Shown here piece after piece: positions 13,683-27,605 of a DNA stretch of 64,000 bases (position 1 is its first letter; each line of letters begins with the position of its first letter). The position numbers and the translations under genes are program-made. The notes under the pieces were generated by a model that did not search any database, was not told the DNA's origin, and worked only from the letters and a program-made list of their open reading frames with translations. Origin of the DNA: Eledone cirrhosa (taxonomy: Eukaryota); contig OZ024741.1 in assembly GCA_964016885.1 (NCBI GenBank), forward strand, positions 126,170,001 through 126,234,000, given 5' to 3'.

Positions 13683-14615
13683 GCGAATAACGAGACACTG
13701 GTCTACTAAAGGAATCACTAGTCAGATTTTACGGACAAAACCAACTTGCACGAAACTCAGGGGTAGCCCACGAGCAAGATGGTTGAATAACATCCATGCA
13801 TTTAGTTTGGTTTGCTTAGGGTCCAGCTAGATCAATTGGAGACAGTTGGTTATGATATGACACTCTGGAAAGTGTGTCTGTGGACTCTACACCCCACACA
13901 GGAATAAATGAGCGAAGAAGAAGACCAAAGTACTTGAAATTGTTATACAGCGAGAAAACAATCAAAATAATGAAATGTTTATTCTTAAAGAAGAATGAAT
14001 GCCCAAAGCCTATATACATTATGTTTTTAACAAAGTCATACACACTTTGAACGTAGCTCACAGTACCTACATTGCTAATATCGTGGGCACACATGGGTTT
14101 GCGGACCCAGAACTACTCTAGCTCCTACAATTTCTACGACAGCGTACAAAAACACCAGCGTTTATTTCTCAGAATAACAATAATAGTATATAAGAATATA
14201 ACTACACCATATATCGATCTGTAAAGAATATTGTAAAACAATAATAGTAATAATAATCGTAATCTACCATGTAACCGTTTCTATGTGAATATAATAAATG
14301 CTTTCATGTTCCAAGGCTATTTTATATTGAAGAAAAACAAGGATTCGAAAAATGGATGTTTTCACAGATATATGGGAGGGAGACAACGGACAATAGTTGG
14401 TGAGTGGTGGTGAAGGAGGGAGTTAAATGGTAATAGATAGATATCGAGGGTGCGTGAGAGGAAGAGGATAATTGACGATGGGTTGGTTTGTGTTGGTATT
14501 TTATTGGTTATTGGGCTTTACGAGAATACAGTTAAGTACTTGTCACCATCTCATAATACATTAAATCTCAAGATATAAATAACGTCACATACACACACGT
14601 ACATGATGCACAAAC

Positions 14616-14694
<79 letters not shown>

Positions 14695-14856
14695 TATAGA
14701 TGCACAAATATATATATATATGCATATCTGTATATATATATATATATATACATATAGATGCACAAATATATATATATGTATGTATGTATATACATATTTA
14801 TACATACAGATATACACAAATATATATATATATATATATGCATGTATGTGTATATA

Positions 14857-14892
<36 letters not shown>

Positions 14893-14896
<4 letters not shown>

Positions 14897-15086
14897 AAAA
14901 AGTATGACCCCGACGGCAGAGCTCAAGCCGTTTCGACGGCTATTTCAGTCCAGAAATAGCCGTCGAAACGGCTTGAGCTCTGCCGTCGGAGTCATACTTT
15001 TTCCTATTTCCCACTCTACTACCCTAAGTATTGAGTAGTCTGGTGCGTTATGGTCCATCTAGTTCCTAAGAACAATTCCCTCGCTA
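14893..15086. mobile_element. Solo PLE pseudo-LTR fragment with fold-back (arms 14893-15006); 3' half of a hammerhead
   Basis: Matches the pLTR of the PLE at 38820-39931. GAAA-cggc-loop-gccg-TC. Other copies at 6557-6620 and 49784-49905. Confidence 0.75.
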
Positions 15087-15110
15087 TATATATATATATA
15101 TATATATATG

Positions 15111-15430
15111 ACCAAAGATTAATATGGTTCGTTGATTACCCAACGAATACAGTTTTACAATAGATTAGAAGCACTCAACAAAAAGTTTTCCTGGAGTATT
15201 TAATATTATTAAAAATGTTAACAAATGAAAAATATTCGCATAATCAAAATATATACTTCATTATATATATTTCAAAGGTACTGTGCTGTTTTTTCAGTAC
15301 GTCCTCATCAGACAAAATATATGTTTTGTCTGATGAGGACGTACTGAAAAAACAGCACAGTACCTTTGAAATATATATAATGAAGTATATATTTTGATTA
15401 TGCGAATATTTTTCATTTGTTAACATTTTG

Positions 15431-15438
<8 letters not shown>
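15111..15438. mobile_element. Hammerhead element family B with fold-back (15203-15438); HHRs at 15251-15322 (-) and 15319-15390 (+)
   Basis: atatgttttgt-CTGATGA-ggacgtactg..cagtaccttt-GAAA-tatata-TA-atgaagtatat; (TA)n on both sides; homolog at 31551-31761. Confidence 0.85.
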
Positions 15439-15466
<28 letters not shown>

Positions 15467-15544
15467 GTTATTCCAGGTTGAATCGGAGGTAACCACAGTA
15501 AGTAAGGTACTCAATACATACCAGAGTATAAAAGTTTTAACATA

Positions 15545-15643
15545 GATGAGATTCTACAGGACTAGAACTGTTTCATTATTTAGAAATCATCAGAGATTCC
15601 TGATAATTTCTAAAGAATGAAACAGTTCTAGTCCTGTAGAATC

Positions 15644-15649
<6 letters not shown>
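15545..15649. ncRNA. Small fold-back with a hammerhead (15593-15645 +, core CTGATAA; minus arm keeps CTGATGA)
   Basis: gagattc-CTGATAA-tttct aa agaat-GAAA-cag..ctg-TA-gaatctc. The upstream part (15466-15530) recurs at 56521-56589. Confidence 0.7.
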
Positions 15650-15724
<75 letters not shown>

Positions 15725-16169
15725 TATATTATTCAAAATGTTAACAAATGAAAAATATTCGCATAATCAAATATATATATATATATATAATATAATATAC
15801 ATTCTCATACGTTCCAATTATCCAATTATCGGCGGTTATCAAGAAGTGCTGTTACTCTAATAATGACAGCATCACGCTGATCACTTTACTGTAAAATCAA
15901 TAACACGCATGAACACATGTAATACACGTAACATCTCGGATCTGTCCTATCTCTCTCTTTGTGTATCTTATATATTTAGCTCTATTTATATGCATATATA
16001 TATATGTGTGTGTGTTTGTATGTATATACGTATGTGTGTGTGTGTGCGTGTGTGTCTATGTGTGTGTGCGTGTCTCTCTGTGTGTGTGTGCATGTAGGAA
16101 TGTACTTATCTCTTTCTCCACCTCTCCAGAAATGTACGAAGTAAATGGATAGCATGCACGTTAGAGGTA

Positions 16170-16261
<92 letters not shown>

Positions 16262-16264
16262 TAA

Positions 16265-16309
<45 letters not shown>

Positions 16310-16331
16310 TACATATATATATATATATATA

Positions 16332-16740
16332 TGGTGGCTGCCAACTCGTTTTCGAGTACGGCCACTACTTTATATCCATGTAGGAGAACCCCTACCGATG
16401 CGTTGAACAAGTGTGACTTTTTAGTCCAGCCAGCGACTAGAAAACTCTGGTACAAACACTACACTTGTGACAATTACTGACACATAGTGCTGGGCCCATG
16501 GTACCATGTGATGACAAGTGCAGAGAGATCTCCAGATATAAAGCAATGCCTGTGCGTGAAGCTTTTACAGTGAGCAAAGGCACTGCACAAAGCCAGTCCC
16601 ACTCTCTTAACCAAGATGATATTTACCAAAAAGAAGAACAAGTCAACATCATTGGATACCATCAGGGTTGCAGGTGTTATATCAGAGTTTTCCTTCTCCT
16701 AGAATTCTGCCTTGACAAAGGCTAAGGGTTCATCTCTCCC
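16332..16740 (-). mobile_element. About 410-bp non-coding interspersed repeat, probably a non-autonomous RTE-related element
   Basis: Near-identical copy in the opposite orientation at 22488-22898; both embedded in microsatellites; head motif CTAGGAGAAGGAAAACTCTGA is reminiscent of RTE 5' UTRs. Confidence 0.7.
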
Positions 16741-16903
<163 letters not shown>

Positions 16904-17011
16904 ATATATATCTATATGCATACTCCCAGATATGTGAATATGTATTTCTCACTCCCCATTTCTCTGTCTCTCTATATAATATATATATAACACACGCACA
17001 CATACACACAC

Positions 17012-17043
<32 letters not shown>

Positions 17044-17051
17044 ATATAATC

Positions 17052-17093
<42 letters not shown>

Positions 17094-17765
17094 TATATTA
17101 TGTACACCATATACATACTGAAAGAAAGAGGTATATTACATTCATACATATATATAATAATATATATATATATATATATATATTTATACACACTCACTCT
17201 CTCACACACACTCACTCATACATACACACGCACTCATATATATCACTGTCGCATGTATGTAATATGATGTGTTTATAGTTAATTCAATTCTGTGGTTTTA
17301 TAAATGGAAGTTAAGATTGATTACAATCATTCTGGAATTCCATTTCATTAACTTTCTGAAAGACACAACATAATCCCCCGCTCACACGCACACACACACA
17401 CACACGCACACACACACACACACACATATGACGGAGAAGACGTATGATAAAAGACAATCCAGTCGTGCCGGTCTAGTCTTCTTAGAGGAACATTGGACTA
17501 CATTATTCAACGTGTGTTGCAGAAGTACTGTGAATGACAGTTGCAGTGGTAACTGTTTTGAGCATAATGTAGTGCAGAAACTATCGATGTGAGGGTTTGA
17601 TTACAACTATCATTCCCCACGCGCTGTCGTTTTATTTACTAATTAGCGAAATTGTGTGCACTCAATAGATTTGTATAGTTATAGGTTTGTATTTCTCGCA
17701 TACAAATCTTATAACACCATTGAGTGAGTAAATGGATGCCGGAGTTGCATGGATTCGTAAATTAA

Positions 17766-17810
<45 letters not shown>

Positions 17811-18343
17811 ATTTATCTATCTACCCCCCCCCCTCTCTCTATATATATATATATACATTCATGTATATATATATATATTTCTTGTATTATCTATTACTGT
17901 TTCTACCATTACTATGTTCTCCGTTCCCACTACTAATATTTCACGGTCATCATGTCTTTATCTTCTAGATAGGTCTATCGTTACCGGCATTTTTACTATT
18001 ATCACATTCTTTGTTAATTTTACGATCCTCACTATCATTTTTTTTTCACTCTTATTTATATAATTGTTTAGCTGTTATACAAATATACCAGAAGTGTAGG
18101 TAAGTGTCTGGGAGTAAATGGTATGCGTGCAGGCGTATGTGTGTGGCAGTAGGTAATGCTCGAGTGAGTAAGTTAGATTTTCCTACTGCTCCTTGTCCCA
18201 GTATTATGTCTACCGTTTTCACCACTATGCGGTTACCACTCCTTTATCATCTCTGTTAGGATTATCTCTACAAGCATTTTAATTGTAGTTTTCATCTTTG
18301 TTTATTTTACTATTCTTATTATCATTTCTCTTCATTATTATGT

Positions 18344-18525
18344 ATTGGCAGTATCGGTAGAGGGTCGGACGCCATGCTTTCCAGCATAGTTACATCTCTT
18401 TATGATCTGAGTTCAAATCCCGCCGAGGTTGACTTTGCCTTTCATCCTTACGGGGTCGATAAAATAAAGTACCAGTAATGCACTGGGTAATTGCTGGCCT
18501 TGTGCCAAAAGTAGAAACAATTATT
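18344..18525 (+). mobile_element. tRNA-derived SINE family 1 (about 190 bp)
   Basis: tggcagtatcggtagag A-box, gagttcaaatcc B-box, body gcctttcatccttacggggtcgataaaataaagtaccag, (TTA) tail. Partial copies at 23582-23657, 24392-24503 (-) and 32556-32625. Confidence 0.85.
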
Positions 18526-18786
18526 ATCTATATCACATCATCCATATTAGTAGGTGTAATTGTTTGCATCCGAGCGTAAGTGTGTGTGCGTGACGCTCGA
18601 GTGAATTCCCTATACTCCAAACCATCCTTCACTCCTCCCTCTGTCTTCTTTACTGTTAATTTATAGCCACCGACTGAGCTACACATCCCTTTCTCTTGGC
18701 TAGCCATGAGAGAGAACGGGATAATTATGTAAATAAACCAAATAAGAAGTCTTTTTTTAAATGTTTTTAAGTTTTTCAAGTTCAAT

Positions 18787-19400
18787 GAAATTGTTTTAAA
18801 GGTTTGTTATGCTATATGACGAGCCCAGTCTATGAGATTGATAAGATGAAAGCCATCTAGCCGTAGTCTTTGGCAAAATAAGTATCATGGATATAAAAAT
18901 AAATCTAAATACAACTGCATAAGGCGTTCGATCTACTTAATACTCTATAATGCTCCAGCTATAACAAGCACTGCCTCGTAGAGAGGAGGAGGGACGGGTT
19001 TCTTGCAGAATTACTTCCTACAACGATGATTTGCTATTTTCAACATTTAGCGGTAGTGACGTGGGGCAGAGACTGACCCACTCTTTCGCCGCTGCCCTAG
19101 GGGTCATATAGGGACCGGCCAGCATAGAAACAACATCAACATATTCTGCCGTCTCTTGTATCATGAAATGGAAAATGTTTTCGAGGAAATAAAAAATATA
19201 TATTTCGGGGAATTTAAAAAAATATTTTTTAAGTTGTGCGAAATTGTTATAAAGGTTTTCTTATACCATCTGACGAGTTCAGGCTATCGGAATTGGTAAG
19301 ATGAAAACTATCTAGTCATAGAGCTCAGCGGAATATGTATCATGGAGATAAAAATAAACCTAAATACAATTGTATATGGCCTTCGATCTAATGCTCCGAG
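18787..19400 (+). repeat. Diverged direct repeat (about 453-bp spacing) with a decayed hammerhead-like core
   Basis: 18787-18950 resembles 19240-19400; CTGACGA at 19270, GAAA at 19303, cta-tc-tag-TC; stems imperfect. Confidence 0.45.
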
Positions 19401-19539
19401 TTGTAGCATTTAAACAAGACGATGGACGCTTGTTTTATCTGCATTACAGCCGATCAACTAAAATATGGTTTGAACATCCCTAGTTGGTTAGCCCCATATA
19501 ATACTAATATATGTATATATGTATGTTGTATTTCGTACT

Positions 19540-21285
19540 GACAGGAGGGAGAGAACTGATAGTGGAGTTGCTTTGTACATCCGTGAAGATGTCACACCAT
19601 TAGTACTGTTGCACATTCCAACTCTGTCTGTGATATGTTAATAGTACACGTAAAGTAACTCAAAATGGTAATAAGTGTCACATATCGACCGCCAGATACC
19701 GCCAGACATAAGGACAAAGATAGCCTCAGAAGGATTGAAGAAGTGCTGAGCAATTTGTATCAGTCTCAACATCCTGCTGCTGGGAGATTTTAACGTACCC
19801 AAAGTCAAATGGTCCGAAGACCACCCACTCAAAGGAATGACGGAACATGAACAAAGACAGACAGAATACTTGTTGGACCTTACAAACAAATTATTCATGG
19901 AACAAATGGTATTTCTTCCAATAGAAGGTGAGGATACCCTGGATCTCTGCTTCATGAATGACACGGAGCTCATCCACAACGTGAAGGTGACACCAACAAT
20001 TTTCTCGTACTATAACATAGTAGTACTAGGAATATATAGTCCGAAGAAGACTGTAGATATAGAGCCGACAGGAAGCACTGGGTCTCTATTCAGCTTAAAC
20101 TTCCACAAATCCAAATGGAAAAAGATTCAGGAGAAGCTCCTGAAACAGAACTGGACCGACAGTCTCTCTATGAGTGATGTCAACAACATACAACTTGAGC
20201 AATTCATGGAAATAATACAAGCCATATGCTCCGGAAAGAAAGGCCAACAGACACAAAAATATTATTCTCAGAAACAGGAGAATCCTTATGAGAAGGAGAA
20301 CGAAGATCTCAAACCGACTACATATACTAATAAGTAACAAAAAGGAATCCCATTTGAAGCAGGCACTGTTTTGAATTGAAAAATGAACTCAAACTCTCTC
20401 ATGAAAAGGAGAGTTTAGAAAGAGAAGCTAGGGTTATAGAAAACATAAAGACGAACCCTAAGGCCTCCTTTAAATTTGCAAAAGTAACCGCCTCGGGATA
20501 GGGCCACTTTTTCCATAAAAGTGGCTCACTAACCGCAGAGCCCCTAGGGATAAGTGAGATACTGAATGAACAATACAAAAGTGTTTTCACACTTCCAATG
20601 TGATACATGCAAATAGATAAGTCAGATGAGTTCTTTAACACCACTGCATTACACAGAGGAATTGCAACCATCAACCACATAAATATAAAAGTGAAAAATG
20701 TAATATCAACCATAGACGAAATGAAACCAAATTTAGCTGCTGGCTATACTGGTTTCCCAGCTATCCTCCTAAAAACATGCAAGCGAACATTAGGAAAACC
20801 ACTTCTCTTCCAAAGATCCCTTGCTAGTGGTAAATTATCCGGTAAACGAAAAGAAAGCATATGTCCTATCCATAAAGGAGGAAGCAGAGCAGAGGCTAAA
20901 AACTACAGACCTGTCTCCCTGACTTCATATACCAGCAAAGTCATGGAACGAATCAGCGGAAGGAAACTGATTACTTTTCTAGTGGAAAATGGTCTTCTAA
21001 CTGACACCAACATGGCTTTCGACCGAGTAGAAGTTGTCTTACGCAGCTCTTGCAGCATTATGATTGGATACTCAAACAGCTGCTAGACCGTTCGAAAGTG
21101 GATCTAATATATCTCCACTTTGTGAAGACCTTCGACAAGGTTGATCATGGAATGATATGTAACAAAGTACGTAGCTTTGGGATAGCTGGAAAACTAGGTG
21201 AATAGCTTCATGACTTTTTAAAAACAGAAACCAGACTGTTGCAGGCAACGGGGCCCTCTCAAAGGAAACGTCAATAACAAGTGGA
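19540..21285 (+). pseudogene. Decayed CR1/L2 (Jockey-group) LINE ORF2: AP endonuclease plus N-terminal RT
   Basis: GDFNVPKVKW, TLDLCF, PIHKGGSRAEAKNYRPVSLTS, FDKVDHG; many stops and frameshifts. Confidence 0.85.
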
Positions 21286-22195
21286 AGAAAATCACAGGTA
21301 GACTACATCCTTATCAATCAAAAGTGGAAAAATTATGTTCGAAATGTTGAAGCTTCGTAAGTCTTGGCTCTGATCACGGTTTTGTCAGGATGAATCCAGC
21401 TCAGCTTTCGTACTTGTGCATCACCAAGGAAGAAGCAGGCATATGATTGGAATACCCCGAAAAGCGATAAAGGTCAACAGCAATTGTATGGCATCATGAT
21501 GAAAAATCGATTTGCTGCACTGCAAAGGGGATCGGAATCAACAACAGGCCTTTACCAAGATATAATTACACCTAACGTTAGAAGTGAAAGAACAAATGAT
21601 ACCACCAAAGAAGCGCCGTTCAAAGAATCGAGCTCCAGCAAGGAAGTATATGCAAAAACATTTAATTGCTTTCAAAAGAATGTCACTGAAGAGCATAAGC
21701 TTGAATTTCTTTCCTATGACACAGTTGACGAAGTGCAGTTAGACTGTGTGATTGATTAAGTTAAGATAGCAAATGCAAATTCATGGAAAGCTGGAAACTG
21801 ATTAATGAGATAAGCGGAAGGAATTCAGTGTAATCAGTCATCGTCTCAGGAAACAGCAAGGAAGGGCGTGTTCAAAAGTGGTATCAGCATTTGAGCCAGT
21901 CGCTTGGAATGTCTCAACTTGTTAACAAAGAGGATGAAGTAGTTCAACCTGACTTCAACAATCTCACTTACAAAACCAGACTTTTTGACATGAAAGAACT
22001 TCAGAGTACCAAAAGCAGGCTGAATGAAGGAAAGGCCGCTGGCCCTGACGGAATTCCCCATGAGGTTATCAAAAGATACAATCTGGACGATATAATACTG
22101 GATTTTGCATATAGGCCCTCGCAAAATCAAAAAGCCCTGATCAGCAGTCTGAGAACGATTTGATACCAATACCAAAGTCAGGAAACCTCAGCAAC
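21286..22195 (+). pseudogene. Decayed RTE-like LINE fragment (endonuclease end to pre-RT region)
   Basis: SQVDYILINQKWKN, LGSDH, GKAAGPDGIP. Confidence 0.75.
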
Positions 22196-22197
22196 AG

Positions 22198-22389
22198 CTC
22201 TCTCCACACTTCTGATCTTCTCCATGGTTCTTTTCAATGCCTGATAATACCTTACCGGCGCCACTCGAATAAAGTAATTATTTAACCCATAAATGAGGCC
22301 CTACAGGATTAACTCCATATTCCCCACAGCTCCTGAACTCCCGAACTGAAACCTTGCCACTGGATGCAGTTTAATGTCATACCCAGGAC
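22198..22389 (-). mobile_element. Internally deleted 5' end of the RTE family
   Basis: Matches 49360-49578 joined to a short piece matching 48068-48090. Confidence 0.7.
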
Positions 22390-22487
22390 TTATATGTATA
22401 TATAGATGTATGTATGTATGTATGTATGTATGTATGTATGTATGTATGTATGTATGTATGTATGTATGTATGTATGTATGTATGTAT

Positions 22488-22898
22488 GGGGAGAGATGAC
22501 CCCTTAGCCTTTGTCAAGGCAGAATTCTAGGAGAAGGAAGAATCTTATATAACACCTGCAACTCTGATGGTATCCAATGATGTTGACTTGTTCTTCTTTT
22601 TGGTAAATATCATCTTGGTTAAGAGAGTGGGACTGGCTTTGTGCAGTGCCTTTGCTCACTATAAAAGCTTCACGGCACAGACATTGCTTTATATCTGGAG
22701 ATCTCTCTGCACTTGTCGTCACATGGTACCATGGGCCCAGCACTATGTGTCAGTAATTGTCACAAGTGTAGTGTTTGTACCAGAGTTTTCAAGTCGCTGG
22801 CTGGACTAAAAAGTCACACTCGTTCAGCGCATCGGTAGGGGTTCTCCTACATGGATATAAAGTAGTGGCCATACTCGAAAACGAGTTGGCAGCCACCA
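22488..22898 (+). mobile_element. Second copy of the about 410-bp interspersed repeat, within (TATG)n
   Basis: Reverse complement of 16332-16740. Confidence 0.75.
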
Positions 22899-22979
22899 TG
22901 TATGTATGTATGTATGTATGTATGTATGTATGTATGTATGTATGTATGTATGTATGTATGTATGTGTGTGCGTGCGTGC

Positions 22980-23024
<45 letters not shown>

Positions 23025-23802
23025 TGTGTGTGTATGTGTGTGTATATATATATATTTATTCATTTATTTATTTATGTGTGTGTGTTGGCTGACGCGCAAG
23101 AAAATGTGTGCATGCGTTTACGCGTGGAAGATTGATGGCGTGTTCGCATGTGCGTTCCTATGCACGCGTGTGTAAATATAAGTATGTGTGTAAATGCGTG
23201 CCTATGTATGTGATTACTACACCGTTTACTAACAATATATTGCAATAGTTCACCTTTCCTTATATCACCTGATACGAGTTCCATCAACTGAGAAGAACAA
23301 TAAGATTTCAAAGTCACTACAATACACGATATTTAAGAGACCGCTGCTCTAATTATTAAACAACACTAACCACTTTAGCTGTAATACTCACATAATAGAG
23401 TTAAGCATAGTATAAACACAATGGAAATATATTTATATCCGCAATTATTAACCCCATTCCTCCCCCACCAAATGGCACCACTTTAGAGTAAATTCCTCAC
23501 ATATTTCCCACCGTGATTAAAGATTTTCTTACTATAAAAGAAAAACACGAATAAAAATTATTTTCATTTATATCATTCACGAGGGCGGTGGATTGGTAGT
23601 ATCGGTAGAGGGTCGGATGCCATGCTTTGCAGCATAGAGCTACGGCCCTTTATGATCTTCTTCCTGTCAAACTGATTCATGATGGTGGACTGTGATATCT
23701 TGATGAAAACATGCTGAAGAAACTTTCCTCCTCTGGAAGAAATTTGGAGAGATGATAGGATCCGCTAAATTTCATATACCCGAGACACGCTGTTATGGAC
23801 CG

Positions 23803-23836
<34 letters not shown>

Positions 23837-25188
23837 GCACGTATACACACACACACACGTATATATATACACACACACACGCATACACACACTCACACAC
23901 ATGCGCGAAGATGCTCTAAAATTGCCCATGAAATAGGGTGGAGAGTCTTAAAACTATCTAATTTAAGGCAGCAGAATGTGTGTCAGTCCCTTGGCTTAAT
24001 GGTTTAAAGCTTCTAGCCAGTATCTGGGAAGATATGGGGTTCGATTTCAAATAACTGTCGATGCCGTCTTCTTTTTTTTTCGTCTTTAATGGTCTTCGTC
24101 CTATTTTTTAAGCTACTTCATTGCATCTCCACGCATGAGCACTCCATTCTTTATATTAACTTTATTTCCTCAGCGCTTCGTAAAGGTCCGAGGGATCAGC
24201 TTCATATACATGATATCGTATATGATTTCATATACACCGCTGTTATGTTCTTTATGTATATGAATGTGTGTGTATATGTGAGCTTAAATTTTATTTTAGC
24301 GTTTATGTCGAAATATTTTCTGATATATTAAATAGTTCAGTAATAGTAATAATGTACATGTTTTGAGATAATACTGAATATTAACTATATTAATAACTGT
24401 TTCTACTTTAGGCACAAGGCCAGCAATTACCCAGTGCATTACTGGTACTTTATTTTATCGACCCCGTAAGGATGAAAGGCAAAGTTAACCTCGACAGGAT
24501 TTAACGATAGCACACGAATAGTCATTGCATTAGCAACAATATTCCATGTAATTCAGTACACTAATTGATTAAGGGCTGTATTATCTATTTCAGGAAAATG
24601 TTAGCTAACTGACATTAACTCTTCGTCGTTCTTTATTATTCTTTTTATTTCCAGCTAATTTTCCCCTATAGCTTTATGCTGTTGCATCTAATGATGTAAA
24701 ATAACATTTTTTTCTAACTGAAATAAATATTAGCAGAATATGTTTCCTTTCTCTGAATCTGTACACTTTTCCATCCTGTTGATGTTGTTTGATTTTTTGT
24801 AAGATAAGAATTTTACTTAGAATATTCTTAGAGAAATCTATTTTATTTTTATATTTGTATTTGTTATCTTGGATTATTTTGTCGTCATTCTTACTGAGTT
24901 GTTCATTTCTTAAAAGTTATACCATCGAGGCTGTGAATTGGAAGACACGTTAGAACGTCAGCGGATAGAGTGCTTTACGATATTCGGTCCGGCTCTCTAG
25001 GCTCTGAATTTAAATCCCGACCTTTCATCTTTTAGAGGTCAATAAAAAAGTACCAGTCCACTACTAGGACTGATGCTTTCTCTATATCTCTTTTTCACTC
25101 CTATTCTATCATTTTCTCTCTCTCCCCCGGAGGAAATCTCGGTTAATAGACCCAGAGAGAGTATAGGCTCCACCAGGTTTAAAATGCT

Positions 25189-25281
25189 CAAGATATGGCC
25201 CCCTACGACTCCAAGATATGGCCCCCTACGACTCCAAGATATGGCCCCCTACGACTCCAAGATACGGCGCCCTACGACTCC
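25189..25281. repeat. About 4 x 22-bp minisatellite
   Basis: caagatatggccccctacgact(c) repeated. Confidence 0.9.
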
Positions 25282-27218
25282 ATCAGAAGTTACGGATCCA
25301 TATTTACACACATTACATCATCATTGGTGAATTGGCAGTATCGATAGCAGTCACTTACACATAACTCTGCCCATGAAGTTATGTGTAAGTGACTGACATT
25401 CTATAGCCACGTGTACCTTTAACGTACTTCTCAGGGAGATTCAGCGGTACAAAGGTATTTTTAAAATACAGGTACAGTCGATCAGACGGGTTCTAAACAC
25501 TTTCCATCTACCAAATCTCACTAACAAAGCATGGGTCGACTCATGGCTATGGTAAATGATACTTGCTCAAGATGCCGTGACTGACATTCCATAGACACGT
25601 GTACCATTAACATAATTATCAGGGAGATTAAGCATCATACAGCGTGTGACAAGGCTGACCCTATGAATTACAGATACAGTTAATCTGACGGACCTTCAAA
25701 TAGATTGCATCTTCAAAATTTCACTCACTAGGTATGGGTCAACCCGAGGTTACGTATGGCAAATTACACATGCCCCCAAATGGCACACAGTGGGATTGAA
25801 CCCAGTCCTTAATGATTGCAAAGTGAACTTCTTAATCATTCAGCCACCACTGAATACCCATTGAAGTTTGAACAACTTCGAAAGTTGTTCAACAATTCGC
25901 CTTTCAATTACAACAATTCGCCTTTCTTGTATTATGTTCATTCATTCTTTGGAGATCTGTTTAACTTATTTACTAATGAACATTCTCAAATAATCAACAA
26001 ATATTTTGATATTACTGACGTTTGATGAAGATTTCAACAATTCTCTGGTGTACAATTCTCGTTATACTTCGACCATTACATAAGTTAGTCTGTTGTGGCA
26101 AGTTATTAGCATTATTTCCGTTGGATTCTGTTTGCCATTGTGTGAAACCTCTGATGACATTTGTAAAGTATGCATTAATATCTGCAATACTGCATATCTG
26201 TAGCTGCTGGCTTATATCTTGATAATTTCATGAAATTAGAAAAGCCATTCATCAAAGGCTGTGGTATTATTTTTAGTGTAAAGGCGTATGAACTAGGTTA
26301 GAATGGCTGGCTTACGATCATAAGATCGTGTGCTTGATTCTAGGCGACACAGTGAGTCCTTGAGCAAGACAGTTTATTTCACATTGAGCCAGTCTACTCT
26401 GCTTGAAAAAAATGAGTTGTACTTGTAATTTAGGTCCAGGCTTGGTGTCATGACGAATCTTCTTGACAATTATTTTACATTCTTAATAGATGACGAAATA
26501 TATTTGTAATTCAAAGGTCCAGCTTTGTCACACTGTCACGCTGAATCTCCTTGAGAATTATGTTATGTATACACATGCCAGTGGAATGCTCAGGTACTTA
26601 CACGCCAATTTAACGAGCAGGCTGTTCTGTTGATCGAAAAATTGGAACACTTATCGTTGAAATCAATGGAGGTCAATTCTATCGCTCTATCCTGTTCTAT
26701 CAACGCGATGTCTACTACAGCAAAGCTCACTTCTTCTTCTTCTTCTTCTTCTTTTCTTCTTCTTCTTCTTCTTCTTCTTCTTCTTCTTCCATTTGGAATA
26801 AAACTCTAACTGTCACTCTTCTATTCTTTTACTGGTTTCAAACATTAGACTGCAGTCATTCTAGGGCACCACATTGAAGGCTTTTAGTCGATCATGTCGG
26901 CCCCAAAATATATATTTCAAAATCTGGTACTTATTTTAACCATCTCTTTTATTGAACCGCTAAGTTACAGGATATGAACGTTAACACGCATACATATATA
27001 TACGAAGGGCCTCAACACAATTTCCGTATACCAAATTTTACTCACCAAGCTTTGTTTAACCTGAGTTTATATTAGAAGACACTTGTTCGAGGTGACACGT
27101 CAGACTATAGAGGAAGGCAGTTGTCCGAAGTTCCACGTGGTTGCGAAGCGAACTCCTTACCCACATAGCCTAGCCAGGCCTTGCCTGTAGACATTTCTAA
27201 CTAAATTTAGCGTTTGTT

Positions 27219-27605
27219 GGTGGATTGGCAGTATAGGTAGCGGGTCGGACGTCATGCTTTGACGCATAGAATTACGGCCCTTTCCATTCTGAGTTCAAAT
27301 CCCGCCGAGGTCAACTTTGCCTTTTATCCTTACCGGGTGGATAAAATAAAATAGCAGTAATGTACTGGATAATTACTGGCCTTGTGCCAACAGTAGAAAC
27401 AATTATTTCTTTTTGGTGGATTGGCAGTATCGGTAGAGGGTCGGACGCCATGCTTTGCAGCAAAGAGTTACGGCCCTTTATTATCCGAGGTCAAATCCCG
27501 CCGAGGTTAACTTTGCTTTTTATCCTTACGGGGTCGATAAAATAAAGTACCAGTAATACACTGGAATAATTGATGGCCTTGTGCCAAAAGTAGAAACAAT
27601 TATTT
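27219..27605 (+). mobile_element. Two head-to-tail SINE family 1 copies
   Basis: 27219-27410 and 27415-27605, each with A/B boxes and the conserved body. Confidence 0.85.
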